A stretch of DNA of 64,000 nucleotides from Antedon mediterranea. Taxonomy: Eukaryota > Animalia > Echinodermata. The stretch is from contig NC_092678.1 of NCBI RefSeq assembly GCF_964355755.1, forward strand, positions 12,088,352 through 12,152,351, given 5' to 3'. The notes under the pieces are model-generated. The model made no database searches. It was not told where the DNA came from and worked only from the letters and a program-made list of their open reading frames with translations. Numbering within the stretch: position 1 is the stretch's first letter; the number at the start of each line of letters is the position of its first letter. Shown in pieces: positions 40,301-48,823 of the stretch. The position numbers were made by a program, and so were the translations under genes.

Positions 40301-41067
40301 ATGATAACATTAACAGCACTGAATCACAAGGAAATAAATTGATTACATTTCTGCTTATAACTTTATTGTTATTCTACTCCTTAACAAGTCTATTAGGAAG
40401 TGCCATTGGTAACCAAGTTTGATACGACAAACATGGTTAGCTTTTATTAATTTATTATACAACAATTTGTTATTTCTTTTCATTTGGTATGTTTTCAACT
40501 AAATATACAAAAAAAAAATTAAAAGTTAATTGCACATATTAAATACATTAGAACAGATTCTAGATCTTTGAATGTTTGAGTTGAAAAGTTAGAGTTATAT
40601 TATAAAGGATTTTTGTCATCAATTTGTTTGTATAATTTTTTTTAGTAAATTTATAATTCATTGAAACAAAATGCATCAATATTTTATAATAGGATTTTCT
40701 TTTTTGATGATCCAACAAATAATTTGAATGAAACAAAAAACTTGTTTCATTCTCTAGCTTTTGCTGGTTGATCAACTCAGCTTAGTCTTGTGAGTTCATG
40801 TTTATTTGGATTATCACAAAAGAAAACCATATAAAATATTGAGTGTAACAGATCCAGATGAACCTTTTTTCACTAATAATGCATCAATTTACCATCATCC
40901 TCATGTGTCTGCAAGAGCCTCAAGAGTTCCTTCTGATTTCCAAACTTTTCCTTGATAAATGCGACAGCCTCGCCTTGGCCATTCCTCTCAACAATACTAG
41001 CAAGATCATCAAGGGTTAGGGTCAATCCGGGCCGAGTAGCTAAATCTATCTCGTCTGCCATTATCAT
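1227..41067 (-). CDS. ATP2B-like: Divergent plasma-membrane Ca2+-ATPase (P2B/PMCA)-like protein, spliced gene model, 16 coding exons plus 1 candidate, ~1064 aa; predicted catalytically inactive
   Basis: Exons 40893-41067, 22896-23105, 21899-22150, 20526-20651, 17462-17614, 15515-15697, 14802-15004, 14145-14423, 12612-12856, 12023-12263, 11210-11383, 8466-8660, 8104-8295, 2909-3116, 2150-2343 and 1227-1391 are all bounded by GT..AG with matching phases. They sum to 3195 nt with no internal stop. Colinear with PMCA motifs (VVGDI, PADG, KKEKKSVL, LRTICLAYRD, MVTGD, MWGRN, FFDIDDG, QWLW). Confidence 0.9.
1676..1888. repeat. 29-bp minisatellite, ~7 copies
   Basis: Unit gaaccctggaactactgtgggtcaggatt. 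Confidence 0.95.
2150..2343 (-). CDS. PMCA-like coding exon 15 (TM8)
   Basis: ADFFDIDDG...PTQHMTMVFNVFILMQIFNQLNERKVH; gtgag donor. Confidence 0.9.
2909..3116 (-). CDS. PMCA-like coding exon 14 (TM6-TM7)
   Basis: NSPIRAIQVLWSYLLVNVSIILLADKP...HFIYQLAVILVFIYKG vs PMCA DSPLKAVQMLWVNLIMDT; 208 nt. Confidence 0.9.
3425..3647. repeat. 19-bp minisatellite (left part, split by a LINE)
   Basis: Unit aattaaacagtacagtatt; resumes at 7791. Confidence 0.92.
3648..7790 (+). mobile_element. Near full-length non-LTR retrotransposon (CR1/L2 group), APE endonuclease + RT
   Basis: ORF 4287-5714 has APE motifs (LNVRS, YRPP, GDFN, SDH). ORF 5755-7545 has RT motifs (QSGFR, KAFD, GVPQGS, YADD). 3' tail aaataaatcaaatcaaatcaatcaaa; flanked both sides by the 19-bp array. 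Confidence 0.93.
4287..7545 (+). pseudogene. LINE ORF2 (EN-RT) broken by one frameshift near 5705
   Basis: Removing one A in gtagaaagaagttaac joins the two ORFs (VEEVNKNNPNKLWKCLKDLGY). Confidence 0.85.
7791..7898. repeat. 19-bp minisatellite (right part)
   Basis: Same unit as 3425-3647. Confidence 0.92.
8104..8295 (-). CDS. PMCA-like coding exon 13 (end of P domain, TM5)
   Basis: GNIGSVEAKTAADVILKDDSIYSIRQAIMWGRNIWDGVVKFVQSLLVRGMITSLVAFIGACTFS; 192 nt. Confidence 0.9.
8466..8660 (-). CDS. PMCA-like coding exon 12 (P domain hinge)
   Basis: Hand translation IKDDEFHKTWPSLGVLGGAHPDDKQVLAKGI...LVAVTGRYIGDEDTLAEADLGIAL vs PMCA [24 protein letters not shown]; 195 nt. Confidence 0.9.
9056..9103 (-). 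CDS. Candidate 48-nt in-frame exon of the PMCA-like gene (TSPSASSIMYGDESQL)
   Basis: Strong acceptor ttttatttccag and donor gtaagc; phase 0-0 like the flanking exons; no stop. No homology support. Confidence 0.6.
9160..10950 (+). mobile_element. 5'-truncated LINE (CR1/L2 group), RT domain, frameshift near 10215
   Basis: ORFs 9209-10219 (NYRPISLLP, QYGFR, DLSKAFD, GVPQGS, FADD) and 10227-10784; tail aataaagtaaagtaaa. Boundaries approximate. Confidence 0.9.
11210..11383 (-). CDS. PMCA-like coding exon 11 (P domain)
   Basis: Hand translation AAKYVKDLQRSGIKITMVTGDDLQTAGAVAAESGII...FNHKIRGIEM; 174 nt, phase 0-0. Confidence 0.9.
12023..12263 (-). CDS. PMCA-like coding exon 10 (N domain)
   Basis: KLRTICLAYRD...LTCVALLGISDRVRPK; 241 nt, phase 2-0. 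Confidence 0.9.
12612..12856 (-). CDS. PMCA-like coding exon 9 (N domain)
   Basis: HIGDRIDCALL...VYPFNTSRKMM...YCKGAAERVLK; 245 nt, phase 0-2. Confidence 0.9.
13199..14035. mobile_element. Non-autonomous piggyBac-type element
   Basis: Perfect TIR CCCTTTCACTGCG...CGCAGTGAAAGGG with TTAA on both sides (13195-13198, 14036-14039). Confidence 0.88.
14145..14423 (-). CDS. PMCA-like coding exon 8 (P domain, phosphorylation-site motif)
   Basis: EIRHDQIFVRNNEAYGIMGNITTLLTNKTGVVTENYMRV vs PMCA [24 protein letters not shown]; 279 nt, phase 0-0. Confidence 0.9.
14802..15004 (-). CDS. PMCA-like coding exon 7 (TM3-TM4)
   Basis: AIALCTIIGLVLIINY...IIVTITVFTITYPSSLPSI; cag acceptor, gtaaga donor. Confidence 0.88.
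15515..15697 (-). CDS. PMCA-like coding exon 6 (loop before TM3)
   Basis: Not in the ORF track; hand translation DIARSAND...NKKEKKSVLTQDLEIISNYVLIA matches PMCA KKEKSVLQGKL; 183 nt, phase 1-1. Confidence 0.85.
16177..16328. mobile_element. Small palindromic MITE
   Basis: taaagcttggcttcca...gtgggaaccaagcttta. Confidence 0.65.
17462..17614 (-). CDS. PMCA-like coding exon 5
   Basis: GSKIIDGHARMVVLQVGVHTKLG matches PMCA [23 protein letters not shown]. Two possible in-phase gtaaga donors (exon end 17462 or 17549). Confidence 0.82.
17687..18464. mobile_element. TA-flanked MITE (Tc1/pogo-like) with an internally expanded 18-bp repeat
   Basis: Ends taccataaatcttc / gaagatttagggta are inverted; the motif gtgggttactatta occurs in both orientations inside. 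Confidence 0.6.
18096..18432. repeat. 18-bp minisatellite, ~18 copies
   Basis: Unit ggtgggttactattagaa. Confidence 0.95.
18706..19470. repeat. 45-bp minisatellite, ~17 copies
   Basis: Unit acagtaaataatgtacatacaatacagtacacaatgtagtacata. Confidence 0.96.
20526..20651 (-). CDS. PMCA-like coding exon 4 (A domain, TGES loop degenerate)
   Basis: STVPADGLIIYSSNVKVNEYRVTRRDSVVDKSADGDAILLKG; 126 nt, phase 1-1. Confidence 0.9.
20912..21475. mobile_element. MITE, probably PIF/Harbinger group
   Basis: TIR ACCCCTTTCACACCAAAA...TTTTGGTGTGAAAGGGGT flanked by ATT/ATT (a TA duplication also fits); internal ggtgtgaaag and ctccggag repeats. Confidence 0.8.
21899..22150 (-). CDS. PMCA-like coding exon 3 (TM2, start of A domain)
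   Basis: AGWVGAICL...TIRG...DEIVVGDIIYVKCG; cag acceptor, gtatgt donor; 252 nt. Confidence 0.88.
22896..23105 (-). CDS. PMCA-like coding exon 2 (TM1)
   Basis: ISHLVEEEVLKRQELYGNN...LVLIMVLAVVSFGLSF; tag acceptor, gtaag donor; 210 nt, phase 1-1. Confidence 0.88.
25644..25924 (-). pseudogene. RPLP1: Processed pseudogene of 60S acidic ribosomal protein P1
   Basis: Hand translation MASTSELTCVDSALILLDDDVAITTEKINTLV [deletion/frameshift] ...LIRNVGSASAAPAVAA...KKEEESDDDM*FGLFD*. Intronless; Gly->TGA in the DMGFGLFD tail. Confidence 0.92.
25982..28085 (-). mobile_element. Decayed 5'-truncated LINE (CR1/L2 group)
   Basis: Fragmented ORFs with KPWMT, DFTKAFD, GVPQGTKLGP, YVNN (degenerate YxDD); many stops and frameshifts; attgaataaattgaataaa tail on the minus strand near 25985-26010. 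Confidence 0.88.
28688..28826. repeat. Degenerate ~48-57 bp tandem repeat, 3 copies
   Basis: aattcatgattacgttcttg...tgtactatgaccttctacc. Confidence 0.8.
29008..29810. repeat. 47/44-bp minisatellite, left arm
   Basis: Unit atgacacctctagtttgggctacagtagcaaacagcaataccatcgt; the 44-bp variant lacks aca. Confidence 0.96.
30619..34860 (+). pseudogene. Academ XPG-like/Cys8 coding region, 5'-deleted, interrupted and frameshifted
   Basis: ORFs 30619-31020, 33319-33741, 33708-34400, 34411-34860; excising 31010-33364 restores DCDNAKHVGQQIVQSM. Confidence 0.8.
31010..33359. mobile_element. Non-autonomous TIR element (hAT-like CAG...CTG ends) nested in the Academ
   Basis: CAGGCCCGTAGCCAGG...CCTGGCTACGGCCCTG with TGTAG duplicated (31005-31009, 33360-33364). 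Confidence 0.85.
36081..37325. repeat. 47/44-bp minisatellite, right arm
   Basis: Same unit as 29008-29810, resuming in register. Confidence 0.96.
37385..38517. mobile_element. Foldback/Mutator-like non-autonomous element
   Basis: ggacaactacccc arrays at left and their complement at right; 9-bp ATTTTTTTT duplicated at 37376-37384 and 38518-38526. Confidence 0.72.
40893..41067 (-). CDS. PMCA-like coding exon 1 (N-terminus)
   Basis: MIMADEIDLATRPGLTLTLDDLASIVERNGQGEAVAFIKEKFGNQKELLRLLQTHEDDG resembles the PMCA N-terminal segment. Donor G|gtaaat; an upstream acceptor at ~41100 implies a non-coding 5' exon. Confidence 0.8.
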
Positions 41068-41518
41068 TCACTTTTTATCTCATAGTGGATACTAAATGTC
41101 TGAAAAAGATCAAAATACATACATGGGCTTTATTTTTACTGTACTGTACTGTACAAGACATGCGGCACTTGTGCTACTGTTTTACTGAAAAATATTATGG
41201 ACTTGAATTACCAAGACGACAGGAAAAGGGCCACATAAGAGAGGGCGCAATATTTGTACTGGTTCATCAGGTTCCCGACGAAGGGGACCGTTTGCAACAG
41301 GGTTTGCGATAACAACACTGGAAACTAGTTTTTATTGATTCAAAAGCAGGACCCCTGTAGCGATGAGCTTAGCATCCAGTATATTTTGCCGCTACTAGTT
41401 TCACCCAGTCGTTTTTCACACTTGTGCTACCAAATCATCGAAAATATATTTGCTGTCAGTGTCACTATCATTATTATGTATGATGTAGCCTAGGCCTCTA
41501 GCTAGTAGGCTAGCCTAG

Positions 41519-43129
41519 CAGTGGTGGCGCCAGCGGGGGGGCTACGGGGGCTCTAGCCCCCTCGTCGGGGAGCCTAGCCCCCCCGTCGGGGAACACGGGT
41601 ACTTTTTGTCGGGGAATATAATATACAGTAAAAAACGTTCGCGTTCACTTCATATAGCTTCAGCGCCTAGAAAACCACGACGTTCCATTGACCGTGAGTA
41701 CGTCAGAGGGCTATTATGCACTTTTATGCATTCATTTATTGCCAGCGATCTAACTTACTACTAAACATTATAGCTAGGTTCGCACTTGTCTGGCGGTATC
41801 CCTTTGTACGAATCGTTCAACGTTGGGTCGACACGCGTGATATCAAGTTCCATCCAGGGACCAAAATGTGTAATGTAGTTATTTTCCAGGCGAAGTTTAC
41901 TGACGGTTACCGAAGGGAACACGGGTAATTTTTGTCGGGGAATATAATATACAGTAAAAAGCGTTCGCGTTCACTTCGTAGCTAGCTTCAGCGCCTAGAA
42001 AACCGCGACGTTTCATTGACCGTGAGAGTACGTCAGAGTGATATTATGCACTTTATATGCATTCATTATTGCCAGCGATCTAACTTACTATTAAACAATA
42101 GCTAGGTTCGCACTTGTCTGGCGGTATCCCTTTGTACGAATCGTTCAACGTTGGGTCGACACGCGTGATATCAAGTTCCATCCAGGGACCAAAATGTGTA
42201 CTGTAGTTATTTTCCAGGCGAAGTTTACTGACGGTTACGTCGTGTACTGCGTCGACGTACGCTACACGTAACACTACAGCAAAAACGAATTATGTTAATT
42301 GTTCGTATGTTCACCAATTTTTTAAATTTACAAGTAACATTCTGTACCGTGGGGCACCTAAAATAAATTTTCATCCATTACTAAACAAAAAAACATGCCA
42401 TTTTCGCTTAGCCAACATCTTATTATAGCTAAGTTATTACATTTTCAATGTCCTGTATGTCATGAATTTCTCACCACTCGGAAGTCCAGATGGTACGCAC
42501 GCATACACTTGGGAGGAATAAACTTATTTCCCCGATTGAAAAAGGTCTACGCTTGCGTTTTTTAAGCCTCTAGGCCTGATGTTTCCGAAGTATAAAATGC
42601 AATTTTTTGAAGACCTGCAGCTCTAGTTTTAAACAGTTTCTTAGTTCAGCCCCAACAATAAAGCTGGTCATATTTCGAAGTACAAGAAGTGCATTTTCCG
42701 GGACGTAACATCTCTATTTTTCAAACATTTCTTAGCTCAGTCACAACCTTGATAGGGACTTATATATTTTGTTTCATGTTTTGAAGTATAATAAGTCCAA
42801 TTTCCGGGACCTCCAACTCTATTTTTCTAAATTTTCTTTGAACTTTTATTTTTTAAATTGAAAAATATGGATTAAAACAGTCATCGCGCATCGTTTTTTT
42901 GCATGCAGTATCTTATTTATGCATTATAAAAAATGGAAAAAATGGCTACCCTAAATCTAATTCAAATGACCTCAAATGACGCTAGAACGCGTTGCTTCCG
43001 GGAGCTTCGCCCCTGGACCCCCACCGGGGGCTCTTGGCGGCCCCCTGGCCCCCAGCCTAGTGATGCTCGCACAGCCCCCTCGTCGGGGAATGTAGCCCCC
43101 GCGTCGGGAAGATCCTGGCGCCACCCCTG
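41519..43129. mobile_element. hAT-like non-autonomous element with an internal ~325-bp tandem duplication
   Basis: CAGTGGTGGCGCCAG...CTGGCGCCACCCCTG; 41589-41910 is repeated at 41916-42238; no clear TSD. Confidence 0.72.
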
Positions 43130-43136
43130 TACTACT

Positions 43137-43422
43137 GTAGCCTAGGCTAACCCCTATCTAGCCTGGCTAGCTAGGATAGTAGTATTTATACCAACCAAGT
43201 CCTACCAAGCCAGTGGCTGGTGGGGCTAGCCTAGTACTAGCCTACACTAGGCCTAGATAGGCGTACGTAAGTTAGGCCTAACTCTAGGCCCGTAAAAGGC
43301 CCTAGCCTACCTACTAGGCCTAGGCCTAGCTAGGCCTAGCTAGGCCTGGTCGCGGCCTAGCTAGGTAGGATAGGCTAGGGCCTAGGCCTAGGCCTAGGCC
43401 TAGGCCTAGGCTAGTAGTAGTA
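43137..43422. repeat. Low-complexity palindromic (TAGGCC)n/CTAG tract
   Basis: ctaggcctaggcctagg runs. Confidence 0.85.
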
Positions 43423-44365
43423 GTAATATTCAAGCTATAATACACCTATTTTTTAAACTAGGCTTACAAAGATTTAAAGTAGAATACGTAAGAGTACCCG
43501 GAATGCACGTCTTCTTGTCTGACGAAAATAAACAATTTTGTCACCAGCTCCAACTACTTTTTCTGGTTTGTGGGAAAAAACAACAGTCACCACCCATTTT
43601 AAAAAAAAACCATTGGTGGCGTAGTTCTGTTTAAATCAACTGTCAAAACTATTAGCTTCCTAAGAAAGTTTTTCAATTGGATATCATTTTTTATGATTTA
43701 ATCACCATTTTATACATTATTATTATTATTTTTTTCATAAAGAAAACTCGTCAGAATTTATAATGATAATGATAAAAAAATGTTTTATTTTATTTGACAA
43801 ACGTAGTTCAATGGCGCGGATTAGAGTGGGGAAGTTGAAGAAAAATATTTATTTTATCTACGAAAGTATAATACTAGCTTACTTTTACACACAATTTAAT
43901 CAATTGTGAATGTTATGATTATTCATTCAATCTTTTATTTCGGAATCTCTCTGGTCCATAAAAAGGAGAATTACGTATAAATAATTAATATAAAAAAAAC
44001 TGTGCTAAAACTACTACAGGATGGCATCTTTGAATTATATAAGACGTTGTCATAATCATTGAGACTAAAACATTTTCACTTGAATTGAGTCACATAAAGC
44101 CATATATATATTGATTTTCTTAAAAATTCATAAAAAGAAGGAATCTACATTCCGTAAAAATGAGGCTGGCAATGTCGAGGCCTTTGCAACAACATTCTCA
44201 ATTATTGTACACATGGAGAGATCGCAAGGTACCCTGCTTATAGTTGCACCATGTACACAAACGGTTCCAAATATTTGCCCCTCTATAGTCAATACTTCTT
44301 TGTCCTACATTTGTTATTTTTAGAGCAATATATACCAACAAAGGTTTTCATAACAAACCCACCAT

Positions 44366-44479
44366 TTTTAATCGCGTGAGTCGCGTGCAATGCGACTCTA
44401 CAGCTCACTATGTCGGTCGGTTGGTCGGTCGGTAAACACTAACTTGAGCACGCGACTGCAGGCATCTATGGCCTAGTTC
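44366..44479. mobile_element. Short DINE-1/HINE-like element
   Basis: gtcgcgtg...cacgcgac sub-terminal inverted repeats around (GTCG)n. Confidence 0.55.
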
Positions 44480-44788
44480 AAGAGTTCTTTTGTTATAGTA
44501 GAAGAGGAATGCAGTTGCAGTATTAAATCATTTACCAAAGATTAGTGTCATTAATCACTCTATAATGAGGCGTCATAAAAACCAACTTGCTTTTTTTTGT
44601 CTTGTGTGTGTTCATCTCACGTTTATTTAAATTCTCATTGGTGAATATATTATATACATTGTGACAATTAAAAATAAGTGTTTAAAGTAGTTAAAATACA
44701 GGTATATTTACATAATAAGATGCTTGAATTCAGTATTAACCATATTTGTTTTCATTTAAAATTTTAGATACGATGTTAATTAAAATGT

Positions 44789-45618
44789 AACAAGGCCAAC
44801 AGCCATTAAGTCGCGTGCTACAATGCATAGTGATACCGGACCGACAGACAAACAGACTGACAGACAGACAGACCGACAGACAGACGGACCGACCGACATA
44901 GTGAACTATACTGACCGAAATTACTGAACATGTTTAAAAATGTTGAAATGTTTAAAAACATTTATATTTTTTTAATTTACACGTGCGTAGCCTGTCACAT
45001 TTGACGTGCTCGTATAACGTAATTTCGAGTTGAAAATTAAGTCAAGAAAACAGAAATCGGGCAAAAAGTGTGCGCAATAACATTTAACGCGCAGTGCGCG
45101 CGCAAAAATCTGCGCACTCATGGCAATTTTGTAAACGCTTAAAATTGCCTGAAACGTACTCTTATTTCATCGAAAATAAATTTTGAAAATTTTAAGCGCG
45201 CGTACGCATGCGTTACATGCGCTACGCACGTAATTGTATTGCCATATGATGATTTATGCCCTGAAATTTATGAGTACCAAATTTTATTTAATTGTGATTC
45301 ATGGTTGTTAAGATATGATTACAAACGTGATTTCGTTAAATTGTGCGTAGACCGCGTAATTTTTTATTGCGCACCGTGAAAACATAACCACATCGATTCC
45401 TGGCCATAAGGAATATTCTGTGAAAAATTGACTTAGCTAGATTAAACTGATATCAAGATAAGGTCATAAAGCGACAAAACGCATAGTGATACCGGACCGA
45501 CAGACAGACAGACAGACCGACAGACAGACCGACAGACAGACCGACAGACAGACAGACAGACAGACAGACCGACCGACCGACTTAGTGAACTATAGAGTCG
45601 CTTCCACGCGACTAAAAA
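44789..45618. mobile_element. DINE-1/HINE-like (Helentron-associated) non-autonomous element
   Basis: aacaaggccaacagccattaagtcgcgtg start, (GACA/GACC)n microsatellites, gtcgcttccacgcgactaaaaa end. Related pieces at 28360-28395 and, inverted, at 45990-46055. Confidence 0.6.
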
Positions 45619-46683
45619 TGAAAAATGGCGGTAAAATACATGATTAAAATTTTCTTGTTAAACTATCTTATTTGTGATCTTATTTGTGTTCGAGTAGAGA
45701 GGCTATAAACAACCAACTTGCTATCATTATTAATAATCAAACGCAGATATTTTGAAAAAACATTGAATAACAAAGGCTGTGTTTATACAACACCCTAAAT
45801 TTGAACAAGTCTTTAATTTTTAGCGTGTTGCACGGGCCGAGGTCAACCCCCAAAAACCTTGCAGTTAAATCGTAATGCCGTGTTATACCGCAGTTCATAA
45901 TCCTAAGTTGTATGTATACTCATGCATTATGAATTAAGTTTATTAAGGATTTAATAAAGGATGATTTCGTTTAAAATTCAGTTATTGAATGTCGGTCGGT
46001 CGGTCTGTCGGTCTGTCTGTCGGTCCGGTATCACTATGCGTTTTAGCACGCGACTTATGGCTGTTGGCCTTGTTTAAATCTGCTTTTGAAATTTGAAAAA
46101 AAAATATTTTAAAATTAGGATAAAACTATGCTACATTTTGCCAAATTATCGTTAATGTTAAGCGATAAATTGGTTAAAATATGCAAAAAAAGCACAATTA
46201 TCTACTAGATTGTGCCAACATTTTCACAGCACATACTTTTATTTAACGAGAGGTCAAAACAATACCATGAGGACACTTACAACACGCCAACAGCAATCGG
46301 GAATCCACACAATTTTAGGATTAAGCCAAGTAGCCTCTTTTTTTTACAATTAAAATCTATACAAATACACTTCACGTAGGCGTGTTGAATATGCGTGTAA
46401 TAGCGTGTTGTATAAACGCGCCCCAAGATACACGGTGAGTTTTTAATTTCAACTTATTTTCTCCTTTCTAATACAAACTTACAACTTATTTTGTGCTCAG
46501 AGCGTGTTAAAAGTCGCCGAAAATTAAATTAAAAAAAAAAGATTTGTTAAAACCGGATATTTGATGTAAACGCAAGCACCTCGTTTTTTGTTTTTTTTTC
46601 AGCGTAAAAACAGTAAATTCGGTTATGTGAAACCACTTGATCGATTCTCCCCTGGAAAACTCCATCCCGTTGCTCTGTTCTCA

Positions 46684-46862
46684 AGCGTGGTTCCCACTAG
46701 CGACGCAACGCAAGGACGTAACGCAACGCAAGTGAATTGACCAATCACAAGCGATGGCTTATTCGCTTGTGATTGCTAACTGTCTATAACTTCGCTTGTC
46801 ATTGATTAAAACGCTTGCGTTGCGTTTACGTCCTTGCGTTACGTTCTAGTGGGAACCAAGCT
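46684..46862. mobile_element. Palindromic MITE
   Basis: agcgtggttcccactag...ctagtgggaaccaagct; the arms are almost fully complementary. Confidence 0.8.
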
Positions 46863-48198
46863 TTAAAGGCTATAGCCGCATGCAAACACATAATCATCCT
46901 TTTGAATAATTACCGATTTAGGCCTATTTGTAGTTGCACCTTATATTCATATTTTGAAAATATATTTTATTGAAAAAAAAGAATGACATCCTTATTCTTT
47001 TGTACACAAATAATGTTAGAGAGACCTATATTTAAAAATTCTGAAAATATATGATGGGGCAAAATTGTTCATCAAATGAATGTAATTTAACGACATTCAT
47101 TTAACAAAATCAAAATCCAGACCAATTATATTTGTGAAATCTCCCCAAAAAGTCGGATCTAATAAAATGAACGGTTTTAACATAATGTTATAGTTAAAAA
47201 CAAGCTAGTAATTAGGATAGAAGGAAGTTTTGGGTAATTTATAATAATTAACTGATTTCCACAATCAGAGTCTGTTATCATACGGTTCATAGCAACCTCT
47301 GATTACAATTTTGCAACATGCCATTTACTCACTTCTTTGTGTGAGATTCCTCTTTACGACTACCACAACCTCATTTACAACGGTGGAGGTCTATAAAAAA
47401 GATGATGAGGATGATGATTATGATAATGATAATTATAATAAGATTCATAAATAGGCCTAGTGTCATGATCTTTAAGATATTGTGTGTTTATATGCTACTT
47501 TCATTCTAATTTGATGATGAAGTTTTGCATTATCCATATTTAGCCCTGCGGTAAATATCATGTTGTTATTGCTTGCCATTCATTTAAGTAGGCCTACGAC
47601 TCGTTTGTGAAGGACCTGGTGGCTAGTCATTATCACCAACGAGGAGGAGTGAACTAAAATGTCCTTAATCTTGTTGAATGCCTTCTACGTTTATTGTTAA
47701 GTTAATGGTTGCAGATTTTATAAATGAGAATTCTTCATCAGTGGCGGAGTAAATACGACTCACGGAAAATCTGCCTGTTCACTGATAAATGCTTTCAAAG
47801 ATTTTTATTTTTATTCTATTTTTTACCACACAACAAACAAACGTAAAACTGCAAAAAAATCTTTCCAGCTAAATTATCCACCATTTGAATACAAACTTAA
47901 ATCCATCTGTCTTATATTTCTTTTTTGTAAGAACCAAAGGATCTACACAACTTCTACCGTTTGCAAATGGATTATGATATATTCTTTTTATTACAATTAC
48001 TTATAATAGGGCCTACAGTTAGAATCATATTAATTTTATTAAAATGTTTAATTGTAATTAATAAGTAAAATAATAATGTTGCTGACAATTTAAAAACCGT
48101 ATATAAATTTCGACCTTCTTGTGTTTTCTTGCTACTTTTCCCCACTTGTGTATGTCATTTACTCACTATTATTCGTGTTATTGTAAATCTCAGATATT

Positions 48199-48823
48199 AG
48201 GGAGTTTTCGCAATCTTACGAATACGATAACGAAAACGGATACGTCACGCACACGTATTCGTTTTTCGTAAACCAGTAAAAATCTGTTTCGCATGGCAAC
48301 GAAATATTGAGGGCGCCGTCCAAAATATGACTGCGGTAAATTTGAACGAAGCGCGGGTTCGTGTTGCTTGGTGCTTGGCCAAAGATTGTATAGCGCCGCT
48401 ACTACGCGGGCAAAGATTGTATAGTGCCGCTACGCGTAGCGGCGCTATATATAATCTTTGACGCGGGTAGCGGCGCTATACAATCTTTGGCTTGGCTGCC
48501 TAGGGTTAGCGTAACATCAAAGCTAGTGAAAAAAACTGCTATTTATCAAAATTGACCTGGCATTTTAGTAAATTACTTTAGTAAATTACTTTCAATAAAA
48601 GTATGATTATATTATAATAATAATTCCTGATTCAAATGCAAAATGTGCAAAATAGATCAAAAACTATACTCGTTTTGTAGTTACGAATATGACTGGTTAT
48701 GATATTCGTCAACACGAATACGCCTTACGAATATGAAATGGGGATCAGTTCAATTCAAAAGTTTCACAAATGTGTGACGTATCCGTTTTCGTTATCGTAT
48801 TCGTAAGGTTGCGAAAACTCCCT
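48199..48823. mobile_element. MITE with ~50-bp TIRs (Harbinger/ISL2EU group) and an internal palindrome
   Basis: AGGGAGTTTTCGCAATCTTACGAATACGATAACGAAAACGGATACGTCAC and its complement; ATT on both flanks; inverted repeat at 48378-48491. Confidence 0.85.

Noticed and set aside
1227-41067. Ordinary decayed PMCA pseudogene
   Set aside because: No stop, frameshift or broken splice site found across 16 exons despite deep divergence; not fully excluded without expression data.
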